The notes under the pieces: model-generated
Databases searched by the model: none
Told to the model about the DNA's origin: nothing
What the model saw: only the letters and a program-made list of their open reading frames with translations
Source: Hydrolagus colliei
Lineage: Eukaryota
Assembly: GCA_035084275.1 (NCBI GenBank)
Contig: CM068750.1
Span: forward strand, 3,038,001 to 3,102,000
Length of the DNA stretch: 64,000 nt
Direction of reading: 5' to 3'
In this document: positions 31,701 through 43,441 of the stretch, in pieces
How positions within the stretch are numbered: position 1 is the first letter of the stretch
How the letters are laid out: each line of letters starts with the position of its first letter
Program-made: the position numbers and the translations under genes

Positions 31701-34700
31701 ATAGTGCATGGGGTTGTGGGAGTATTTTTTTAAGCAAAAAGAAAAAATAGCTGAATAAAAACATATTTGCTTATAATATTAAATATTAACATATAATAGT
31801 TAATATTTTATTTAAACAGGACTAACGTTACATGATAAAGCAACTTCGGATGTAAGCGTTGTTGGCCAGCGCATGAGTTATAGGAATGCAGCACTAGATT
31901 CTGAAGAAGATAAGCGGATTGCAGTATCCCCTTCAGGTTCTAAATTTCCTTCTAAAGAACAACAAAAACCTCTGGCAAGCAATAAAGCAGTGAGAGGTCA
32001 GTACAGTTTATGCAAGATAGTTCTCTTATGTCTCCAGACCTGTATCATCTCATCTGCATTATTAATAAGCATAATTACATATTATCTTGTTTCACTTAGT
32101 CAGCTATATATGGAACAAGTTACCTTTTCTTTGTTTAGGGGCTCATTAAGTGAGTTTTTGACAAAGAATTAAACAGTTTATACACAAATATGAAAATAAA
32201 TAAAATGTCAGCTCCTTTAGTCCACTGAAGTGAACTTAGCTGAATTTACAATGTTAAATTGAGTATAAGGACATGTAAGTTTAAATGTACAAATAACTAT
32301 TCTTCATCTTATTTCATGATGAAACATTAATTTTCAATATTTCAAATTCCCAAATTCTTTCTACCAAATTAGTATTGTGAATTCATTAAAGATACTTTGA
32401 TTTCTATAAGGTTATCTTTTGTCTTTGAATTTGCACAATGAGAGCTTATCTCAAAGTGGTCTGCCTTTCCTTTTTTTTCTTTCTATAAGACATTCAGACA
32501 CCTTTGAAATAATTTTTTCTTGAGTAAATTACCTTTGTTTAAGCAAAGAAGGTGTAATGTACATTTAGATTGTAAAATTGTCTTCAATAAACATTGTCTT
32601 GTTTAATAATGCACATCATCAGCTTTGTTCTGAATATTATTTGGTTTCATTAATAACAATTTAAATAAGAATTCAAATATTTTGTCTGTGTTTAAAATGT
32701 ATGGAAAAAATGAATAGACTTTATGCTTTGCTGGATTTATTGGCAGAGGATATGCTGAATTAATTAATAATGTAACAGCTTCAGATTACATTTGTGAAAC
32801 ATAATATTACGAGAACAATGTGAACCTTTCTTTGGTAATTGGCACTTGAAAAATTGCTTTTAGAGGGTCAATATTCAGAGCAAATTAATGTAGGTTTGAC
32901 ACCTCACTTACAGCAGCAAAAAGGATTTGATTTGATTGCAGATTTGATCAAATTCGATGGAATTTTTTTTCTACTGGTCAATGGAAGTAGCTTTTGTGGG
33001 ATGGGTCAGTACTTTTCAAATTGTGATCAGCAAAGAAAACATTGTTCCTGATGCCGTTAACACCTCTGGTGCCTCTGTAGCCCAATTTTTATGGAATTAA
33101 CTATTGTATCTCTTGAAAGAAATTGTTTCTGAGTAAAATTGTTTCTGAGTTTAAGAAATATTGCAGTTAAATTGTGAAACTAGTTTTTAAACACATTTAT
33201 CTTGATTAGGACTGACTGGTTCTACCATCAGTATACAGCAAATGAACAGCCATGAAGTTACCCCTGGATCAGAAGACACTGTTGTTATTGTTGGAAAAGG
33301 TAAGTTAATTGTCTCTTAACCCCACAGCCTTTTGTTTTGTGTAGAATAAACCAAGGATAATCCTAAAGCCTTACAAACATTTGCTATTCTACATTCTGTC
33401 AACAAGGACAACTTGCAGTTATATAGCACCCTTCGTGCGGAATAGATTCAGTAGCAAAGTTTGATGCTGAGCTAGTGGGCGAGAGAGTGAGTAAGTCACC
33501 ATAAGCATGATCCAGTGATTTGATTTGGGACATCCTACTGATGAAAGGCTTTATATAAATGTAAATTGCAGAGCTGTTGACATTCTGTGACAATTCTTCC
33601 TCAACTCATTGTTTTCTAATTTTTTTTGTGTTGGGTTCTCAAGTTCATACAAAACTTTCAAATGCAGAAGTAAACTTCAGTTATCTTCTTACCTTTTTTT
33701 TACACAAGGAGTCTTTGGAAGTGCCCTGGTGGCCCCATTAACTTGCAGTCAAGCCACGGTCACCGCTCTTGATAATGGGGATGACACCTCTAGCCCAAGG
33801 CACAAGATCGAGCCTCCTTCAGGAATTTATGGAAGAGCTGTACATCAGAATAGCCACACAAGCATTGTCACTAGCGAGAGTGAGAGAGAGGTAACCGTTA
33901 CAATAATGTTGATACCTCCAGGGAAGTGATCAGAAAGTATAGCCAGAATAGTGTGAAATAGTAAATCAAATTTGGTCATGCACAGTGGTGTTAAATAGTA
34001 ATATAGAGGAACTTTTTTAAAATCATGTTTATCTTAAAATATTGTATACAATAAAGCATGGTGTTTATTAATTTGATTTGCTACTTTAATTGTGACCTGT
34101 GCTTTCCCTGGTATTGACTTAGACGTCACTTTTCAAACTCATCTTCACTGAATTGATTAATCACTTTTGGATAATAGTTATTCCGGATTGTGACGAGAAG
34201 CTGTAGCTAATCTTAGCTGCTAAGGTTAGAGGTGCTTTGAAGCATCTCAAAATTTCTTCCCACACACAATGAGTTGCTTTGGAGAATAGTGAGTTAATAG
34301 AGGCAAATTCAACTTGTTGTTGCAAGAACAACATGCTATAAACATCACTTTTGTTTTTCATTATTGTAAAATTCACAATGACTCTCGCATGACAGTGTTT
34401 GTGAATGTAAAGTGGATAAGCAGGCAACATATCAGTTAGTTGTGATGCACTTACCATGAGTCATTTGCTTGACTGATTACAGTATTAAAGTTTCTATTGA
34501 GAGGGGGAAATGTAATATGCTGCTTTGAGGCAATCACGAGTTGTGGATTGACCATGACTGATGTGATAGTCTGTCTGTTATTAAGACCATAAGAAGCAGG
34601 AGTAGGCCATTCAGCCCTTCGAGCCTGCCCCGATCATGGCTGATCTTCTGACCCAACTCTAATTACCTGCCCCATCCCCATATCCCCTAATCCCTCTATT

Positions 34701-37700
34701 TTTTTAAAATCGGTCAGTCTCAGCCTCGAAAATGTTCAGGGACTGAGCATCCACAGCCTTCTGGGTGAAGAAATGAGTGAAGACATGTTTCCTCACTCTG
34801 TTTTAAAAGGCTGACCCTTAGTTTTAAGACAGTGACCCCTGGTTATAGATTCTCCTACTAGGGGAAACAGTCCCTCAGTGTCTATTTTATCCATCCCTTT
34901 GAGAATCTTATATGTTTCAATAAGATCCCCCCTAATTCTTCTGTACTCTAGAGTGTACAGCCCTAGTTTATTCAACCTATCCTCAGAGGTCATCAGGCCC
35001 CTCATCCCAGGAACTAACCTAGTGAATCTACACTGCACCCCCTCTAAGGCAAGTATGTCCTTTTTTAAATAAGGAGACCAAAACTGCACACAATACTCTA
35101 GGTGCGGTCTCACCAAAGCCCTATACAGTTGCAGCAAGACTTCCCTACTCTTGTACTCTGAACATTTTGAAATGAACGCTTATTGGGGTATAACTCATTG
35201 CAAGCTGTGGAAGTTTTAACTGAAGTGGCATATCATGTTTTGCAAAAGATCTGCATGTCAAAATCTGCTCGAGATAAGATGAAACAAAGGAAACGTGAAG
35301 GAACTGAACATCTAGCAGAACAGGGAGACCAGGAATATAATGATCAGGAAAACAGAGGAGAGCATTTACGGCTAAAGAATACAGAATCAAATAAAATGGG
35401 AACTGAAAGTAAGCTCAAATAGTTTTATGAATTTAATGACGACTAGTTTAGTTGCATTGTTCTTTTGGTGATTTTTGTCTCTCTCTCGAACTGTATAATT
35501 TAATCGTTTTACTCCTTTGAGATTTCAATACCACATGCTCAATAATTCCAAACCTCTAACATTAGTTATCTTTAAAATAACAGAAAGGATAGAAAAAAAA
35601 GCATGAGGTTGCTTATTAAATCAGCAGTTAGTGAAACAAAAAACTTGAAAGGATTTCAAAGTGGAAAAAAATCCTTTGTCTAAAAGGATTTGAGATTATT
35701 ATGGTCAAATGTATCTTTCACCTTTTTATGGTGATGTTGAGCAGGAGTCTAGTTAACTGGGTCTTTGCGGTATGACCAAAATGGATCTTGTTGTTGACTT
35801 CTAATTGGAATAATAATTGACATTTTTATAACTATTCCCACATTGTTAGTAAACATACATACCCACAGTTTTATTGTATTAAGTTAATAGTTATTGATAA
35901 CCTTTCTCCTCATGCATAGAATGGTCTTTTCTGGTTCCTTGTTTTGTTTTTACAAGCTGAACTTTTGCCTTCAATCTAGGCCCGAGCAGCAGTGGTGATG
36001 TTCTTCTGAAAAATGACCATTCACTTGTAGACACCAGCCATCTCAGTCCAACACATCTCAAACGAACGAGTAGTATAAGAAAGAATCGGACACCCAGCTC
36101 TCCAAGTTCTGGTAAGCAACGGTTCTGAATGGAACCAAAATGAAAGCACCATTTGATGCGTAGCAAAACTTCCAGCAAAATCCATTTTGTAGAAATTAAT
36201 ACTGTGCCTCTGGACAGATAAATAAATGTTTTTTTTTGCTCCCACAGGAGAGAACTCCCCACTCTCCAGGGTAACAATGCGCAAAGATCCAATACCTTCC
36301 GTTGCAAATAGCCCAGACGTTGCGGATCCTGATGAATTGAGGCCTTTCTCCAAACCGGAACTTGCACTTTCTGAAGCTCTTAAACAGTTAGCTGACGATG
36401 ATTGGTAATTAATCTCTTTTTACAATATAATATATACATATGTGCATTGTATACTGTTTCTATGTGACTTAAGTAAGATATGTCAATTTGTTATGGAATG
36501 AAAAACTGCTGAATAAATAAATTAATATGTGCTTAAACAGTGTTAAGTCCAATAAAGGACCTGTTATCTTGTTATGCCAGTTCATTTTAAGTTATTCATT
36601 TTGGATGTTTTTCTTGTAAGATGAATAATAATCCTGGCATTTTATATAGTGTCTTATTGTGCACTAGAATACATTTCTACGGTGAATAGTCATTGGGTTA
36701 TACCATGGAGTCCAGCGTTACGGATAGCAGTTTCCTGGTACAGTATTATTATGCCTAACTCCATATAACACCATGGCTTCTGATGTGTTTTTTCAGGGAG
36801 AAGAAAATCGAGGGCCTGAATTGTTTTCGAAGTCTATGCACTTACCATCCAGATGCGGTCATTGCAAGACTTCATGAGACTGTCTTTGCTGTTGTTCAAG
36901 AGGTTGTTTTAAGATTTTATATAATTTTATTCCATCACTTTCACTACTGTAAAATATTGAACTAATCTAGGCAATTGCAGTAAAATTATGCCTTATTTTT
37001 TCAACGTACTATTGTGTTTTGAGAATGAAAAATCCTTGAACAGCGACTGTACGCATTGTATCATCCTAGGTGAAAAATCTACGCTCTGGTGTTTCGAGAG
37101 TTGCAATGCTCAGGGTAGCAGACATGTTTACAACCTTGAAAAAGAATATGGATCAAGAGTTGGACAATACTGTTAGAACCCTCTTGCACAAAGCTGGTGA
37201 ATCGAGTATCTTCATACGAGAGGATGTGGACAAAGCACTGAATGCAATGGTTGTCAATGTTACCCCAGCCCGAGCACTTTCATCTTTAATAAGTGGTGGA
37301 TTGAAGTAAGTATAACTTTTCTATGTTCCTATATACTGGATAGTTAGCAATATTACAAAAGCAGCCATATTGAAACATATTCTATATGGAAACAAAGCTC
37401 TCTGCTAATAAGTTTCTTAAGTTCCAGTTCTTCTAGCATCTTCTTTTTCTGTTGCATTACGACCTTGTGAATTTTGTTGCCGCAGTGTGTTTCATTTTTT
37501 AAACTAGTTCTTGCTGGGAAACCACAACACTTATTACTGTGTGACTCACTGAATATTTTAGATTGTATACGAGTGCCTATGTTTGTAAACCACTTGAGTA
37601 GAACAATAATGTAGTAGATTGCATGGGCAGCCAAGAAATGGGCAGGTTGATAGTCACTTATTCAAAAACTGAAGGTAACATTGTCTGGTTAGGTGGCACC

Positions 37701-40700
37701 ATTTTTAAAAACAAAAGTATCTTCAAAGGCAGTTTGAGTAATTTACCCGAGAATAAATTTAGACTGCTACACCGATTCATCTTTCTCTTCAACGCATCTA
37801 ACAATATTTTCACTGCTTTTATTCAGCCACCTGAATCCAGTGGTTAGAAAATGTGCAGCAATGCATTTTTCTATTTTATTGGAACGAATGGAACCGAGTC
37901 GACTCTTACCTGGTATGAAAGATGCCACCGATCGAATTATACCTGCAGTGGCAAAGTTTGCACAGGATGTGTCGCCAGAAACTAGGTAAGTAGTTGTCTT
38001 CAAAACAGCCCACATTTATATGTCTTGTGCTACAAATCAGGTAATCTACTGTTGCTCAAGAAACCATTCCAACTTCAATGAAAAGAGGGAGACAGTTTGT
38101 ATTTCCTCAGGCGAGAAGAGGTTAAGGGGGATTTCATTTAAATAATTAAAATAATAAAAGGAATTGACAAGTTAGATTGTGGACAAGGTTTCCCTGTAAG
38201 AAGGAGCTACTAGAAAAGCAACAAGAAATTCGCATCTACAGCTAATAGATACATCTAATATCTTTCATGCCGGGAGGACATCAAGGGGTCATAGCTTTGG
38301 AATCAAACAGTTAAAACTGAAGCCCGGAACCAGTTCTTCACATAGATGGTTGTGAAGATATAGAATGCTCTGGGCGAGCAAATTGCAGAGGTGAAATCAA
38401 TCGAGATGTTTTACAGAGGGGGAGACAGATACATAGATAGCAGAAGCTTTAAGGGTACAGGCATTGGGATTATAAGGTTCTTCCAGGATCACAGGTGGAA
38501 CAGCATCAATGGGCTGAATAGCCTGTTCCTGTTTTCCTATATTCCTATGATTACAATATACTGAATATTTGGATACCATTGAGTCATTTCCACGTTACAG
38601 ATATTATGGACGTAAAATGCTGTTTCTTATGATGTCGTCGCACCAAGACCTCGACAAAGTGCTTGAAAAACACTTGACGCCTAAGGATTTACCTTGCATT
38701 CGGGATATTGTTAGCAATCTACGGCAAAAGGTATAAATAATGCAAGTCATAATTTCGCATTTACAGTACTCCCAACTTATTTTAAATCTTTTAATTTCAT
38801 GAAAGCGATGAAATTTCCCATTGATGTTTCAATCAATACAGTTGTGTTGCGTCTCTTTGTAAGGGCCTTGGGGAAATGCCTTTAGATACTCCTTCAGCCA
38901 AGGGCCGACGTTCTCATCCGAGCAGTGGAGGGAGCTTTCGGGCTTCAGCTAACTCAAGGGAAGTACACAGCCTGACAGGAAGGTACGGTCATTATCCACA
39001 CTTTATCTTTGAAATAAGACTATCACGGTGCGCTGGCTAAATTTGCACGTTTTATATTCATTTGGTGCGATCTGAACAAATCAAGCATTGAATGTGTAAA
39101 CAGAATGAATCTTAAAATTCATGATACTACACCTGATGGTTTTAAAATGTTAATCCAGTGTTCACTGTGGTTGCACTCAAGAGCAACTGTTCAACAATAA
39201 TTCTTACATTTAATATAGCGCCTTTATTACATTGTTGTAACGTCTCAATGTGTTAGAGTTATACCTTAGTGAATGTGTTTTTGTATATGACTGCAGACAT
39301 GACGCCACAAGCAAAATAAATGAACTTTTAATGTTTTTTTAAAAAAATCTTAAACATGTTAATTGTACAAACAAATATAATCCTGTCAAACAGAAATGAT
39401 AACATGATTTTGGGTATATTTATGATATTTGTAGTCGTTTTAATGTCACGTGTTCCCAGCATTGTGAAATTGTAATTTATAATAGGGATGCAGCAGAAGC
39501 AATAATCAATTTACGAGACTATACGTGGAAACCAACACAGAAGAACTTGATCGAAAATGCTGAATACATCAAGGACATTACAAACTTGCTGGGCGCAAAG
39601 GATTTTCGTGATCGTAGCCGAGGAATTGAGCAGCTCGTAATGAATTGTCAAAACAATCAGGACCTTGTTATAACAAATATTGTTAAGGTAATTCAGAATT
39701 GTCAAATTAAACGAGCATTGCAATCTTAAGATGTACAATTATTGACGAATGATAGATGTTTGCATCAGGCATTAGACAAAACCTTTAAAACTGATTATAG
39801 TGAAGAGATCTCATTCACGAATGGATTTATTTGATTGTTTAAACTTCATTTCAATATACAGTACTGTATTTTGATTGATCATTTAAAAACCAAAGGGGTC
39901 TTTTCACTTTCCAATACTATTTTGTTGATTTTTGGCCCATTTTTTTATTCTAATTCCGTAATCATTCAGCAAAGTTAATCTGCCAATTACGATCCACAGT
40001 ATTTCAATCTCCTTTTCTGATCTGATGTAGGATTACTATAGGATAACGAGCAGAAAAGTTCCATTCCCTCACAATTGCCAGATTATATTCATTTAAAGTG
40101 CTGCAATATTTTCTGTTATTTCAAGTGACGTTTTATTTTCCCCCTCTCGCCACTAGATTTTTGATGCTTTCAGACCTCGATTACATGACTTCAACAGCAA
40201 GGTGAATCAAACGGCATTAGAAGCAATGCGGAAGATAATTCCACTGTTGAAGGAAAACCTAGGTCAAGTTTTGAATATGGTTGTGCCTGCCATTGTAGAC
40301 AACAATCTAAATTCCAAGAATCCTGGGATTTATAATGCTGCCATTAGTGTTGTTCAGACCCTTGTTCATCATATAGGTAAGTGGAGGTGAACTGAAATAG
40401 TAATTATATCACCAATCTAAAAATTTATGTTTTATTGAGTTACTGTCGTGGTATTTACAACAAACTTTCAGATCTGGAAGTAGACGGGCTACTTTCAAAT
40501 CTCATGGCCTTTTTAGTTAATCTGATTTAAAAAATTGGATCTTTTCAAAATGCTGAAATACGCAAAGCAAAATGTATAATTCTGACATTTTCTAAATAAA
40601 CTTGGCATTTGTTTTGTAAATGTATCTTAATAGGTTATTTTTGTTTTACAGATAATTCATTACTACTACAGCTTTTCTGCAACAAGGCACTTTTCCTGAA

Positions 40701-41465
40701 TGGGAAAGCAAAACAGGATATGACTGAGAAATTGGCAGGTACGGCAAATTCGTTACCTTTTGATATTTTAACTTTGAAGAAATGGTTAGCTGGTGATTAA
40801 ATAATGGGAGTTGCCACAGTAGATTGATAATCTAGCACTTTGCTTGCCCGAGTTTGAAGATCAAGGAAATATTTTTGCAGCAATTTCCTCAGGGTTAAAA
40901 TACATGTGGGTAGATAAAGTAACTACTTGTTTGGTATAATGGTCATTTTTCATGTGCATTCTTGTATTTTCATGGTCTGGATGTCAGCCATATTTCTAAG
41001 GATTCTCCATTCTTGTAGACGTTTGCTTTATATGTACACATAGTAATGACTGATTTCAGAGCATCATTAATGGAGACTTGGGCATCATTAATGGAGACTG
41101 AAGGCGACAAGCTAATTGGCAAATTGCCTATCTGAATTAAACAAATTATATTGAGTGGTTATAGTTTTAGGAAATCAGTAAGCTCTAAGGTATATGCTTT
41201 CCATATTTCAGATATGGTACCTGAGCTATACACACGGAAGTCTCAGGTTGTTGAGCAAAAGGTATTGCCAGTTTTGTGGCATCTTCTGGGGAACATGACG
41301 AACAGTGGCTCAATTCCTGGAAGTGGAGGAAATATCCGCGTGGCTGCGGTTAAACTGGCAAACGTTCTCTTTGCAGCCATGGGTCAAAACTTAATCGATC
41401 AAGCCTCAAATCAACAACAAAACATCGGAAAGACTTTACAAGATCTGCTAGACTACAATGCCTAA
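20945..41465 (+). CDS. TOGARAM1: TOG array regulator of axonemal microtubules 1 (Crescerin-1/FAM179B, about 1847 aa); 22 exons: 20945-22972, 23820-23988, 27857-27997, 29017-29202, 29864-30147, 30326-30549, 31081-31181, 31820-31996, 33210-33299, 33709-33890, 35249-35408, 35980-36111, 36248-36404, 36797-36902, 37070-37305, 37827-37985, 38601-38730, 38864-38982, 39486-39687, 40157-40376, 40652-40738, 41212-41465
   Basis: TOG/HEAT motifs [10 protein letters not shown]..., [52 protein letters not shown]. All junctions are GT-AG and the chain sums to 5544 nt in frame. Linker exons, especially the exon 4 acceptor, are less certain. Confidence 0.93.
25704..25755. repeat. (TG)n(TA)n compound microsatellite
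   Basis: Read directly from the sequence. Confidence 0.9.
26476..26791 (+). mobile_element. Deu-type tRNA-SINE, full length
   Basis: Box B GTTCGAATCC, core gtgggacactgctgtgcgcaattggctgccgcatttcgcccac, tail aaatgcaagg(att)n. Confidence 0.9.
26919..27160 (-). mobile_element. Deu-type tRNA-SINE, inverted relative to the neighbouring copy
   Basis: Reverse complement of the same consensus: gcgcttcacagaatatactgtaaagtgaattga...gtgtcccacaaac...ggaattgaacccagg. Confidence 0.9.
34582..35160 (-). mobile_element. CR1 LINE, 5'-truncated (ORF2 C-terminus and 3' UTR)
   Basis: ORF 34793-35137 [35 protein letters not shown] is the characteristic CR1 ORF2 end. 3' tail gggctgaatggcctactcctg on the minus strand. 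Confidence 0.92.
38095..38552 (+). mobile_element. Degenerate CR1 LINE 3' fragment
   Basis: gagaagaggttaaggggg...ttcttcacatagatggttgtg...atgggctgaatagcctgttcctg tail. Confidence 0.65.
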
Positions 41466-42723
41466 ACCAAGAAAGCACATCTTTGGTTTTTGAACTCGTT
41501 GAAAATGAGCGGAGGGGGAGAAACCAGTGTGATTTCATAGTGCCTGCATTTTTTTGTACATCAGAGTGAAGATCAGGATCAATCAGAGCTGTTTGCATAC
41601 CACATATGCGCCATGCTACAATCAGATTTTAACTGTTGCAATCGCTATAGACATCTTGGTTTATCAGCAACATTTACACAACAATCACTCAGCTATTTTG
41701 CACTCTTCTACAATAGAATCCAACGTACACTATCCTGGGTATCATTGTATGGAAAATTATCATTGTAAAATGTGTGGTCCATATCATATATATATCTATT
41801 TTGTTTGCAATCAAGTGTATAGTGTTGCCTAACATACCCAACTGTCTTATTTGATGCTGAATCTCCATACGATATTGGGGAAATGGTGGATTATCTTTGT
41901 AGCCAGAATCAATGTTGAATATTGGGCCCCAGTGGTTGAGAATAAAAAGTGTTTTGTCGCTCCGATTGTGTTGTACAGTATTACCTCGCTCCTGCTGCTG
42001 ATTCTAAATTATTATTGGTTTGACTGCAGAGTATAATGCATTTAGAAATCGCCCCTTGTAATGCATCTAGAAATGGCTATTATATAACACGGCATGACCA
42101 AAATCCTGACCTAAAAATATTTTTGTTACAGATTCTAATGTATAGAATCACTTGAGACATTCTTGATATTACAGTACATGTATATTCCATATTTTTGTGT
42201 GAACACTAAAATAATCTTGCTTTTAAACTCTACATTTTATGGAACTAATTACTACAATGCATTTGTGTAATTTCAATTGTTACACCATAGTGCCAGCTGC
42301 ACTTTAGCATTTCATATAACTTCACAGATAGAAGCGTATCAATTTTAAGACAAAACGTGGAATGTTTAAAAGAAGTAAATAAATGATTTTATTTCTTTAA
42401 ATCTTTGCTGTGTCTCATTCTTCCCAGGAACATTAATAATGGTCTGGTTATTTGAGTGGAGTAATGCAATTAAAAAAAAATAATTAAGCAATAGGACAAA
42501 GTGTGCCCAATTTTGACTATTTCCCAACAGTTTTCTGCGGTTGTTTGTACAAAGCAGCATTAAATTAATGTGTGGATGGTCCTCCTGACATGAAAGGCAC
42601 TCTATAAATGTAATTTTGTGGTTGTGTTGACTGTTTGTAATTTGCCCCACTGAGTACCCACTCCCTCAGCTCTTGTCTTATCGCCGTAATGAAACCATAA
42701 ACCATAACAAAACCATAACGTCA

Positions 42724-42843
42724 TTAAGGGATATGGGGTTAAGGCGGGTAGGTGGAGATAGATCAGCCATGATTTTACTGAATGGCGAGGCAGGCTTGAG
42801 GGGCTGAATGGCCTACTCCTGCTCCTAATTCTTATGTGCTTAT
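42724..42843 (+). mobile_element. CR1 LINE (or related SINE) 3' end
   Basis: gatcagccatga...gaatggcgaggcaggcttgaggggctgaatggcctactcctgctcct, the same tail as the element at 34582. Confidence 0.8.
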
Positions 42844-43139
42844 AACCAACCATTGCAAAAAAAAAATCCTTTCCGACTCCCTATCCAATTACCTTTTGAA
42901 CGTGTTTATTAAATCTGTTTCCACCATAATAAACTTTCAGCTAGCGCGTTCCACAATGATAAACTGAGGTACTTTGTAACACGGGAGTGGTTGTTGTTGT
43001 TGCGGTGTGTGGCTGGAGTGTGTCCCAAATGCGTTTGTTCTCCGGCTGCTGTGTGTAGCGCCCTCTGTTGGTGCCTCACAGTATAACGTGTCCCAAGTTG
43101 TTGAGTGGGGGGGGGGGGGGGTGATGGAAACAGTTCGGG

Positions 43140-43330
43140 GAAAGATATGGATGTGCGCCTGCGCGGGTGGCGGGCCGAGTGAGTTGCGCTTGCGCAGAGA
43201 GTGATAGAGAATGTGGTGCGCCTGCGCAGAGGGTGGGTTGGGGGAGGGGAGGTTAGAGTGAGGTGCGCCTGCGCAGACGGGTTGGTGGAGGGATCACTCC
43301 GCGAGTTGAAGAAAGTGGAAGCGTGAGAGA
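43140..43330 (+). promoter_or_regulatory. PRPF39 promoter with four NRF1-type sites
   Basis: TGCGC(C/T)TGCGC(A/G) at 43154, 43185, 43217 and 43264 in a CpG-rich region upstream of exon 1. Confidence 0.8.
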
Positions 43331-43441
43331 CACACGGATCGAGATTGAGGCGGCGGCTCCCAGCCTCCCCTCTCTCTCCCCCCCCCCCCCCCCCCGGGCC
43401 CGAGTAACAGCCGCCTGACCCCACCTCACCTCACACACATC

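Noticed and set aside
41061-41099. Tandem copy of GCATCATTAATGGAGACT (a similar short duplication lies near 33120)
   Set aside because: Two-copy local slippage with no array structure; there is nothing CRISPR-like in the window.
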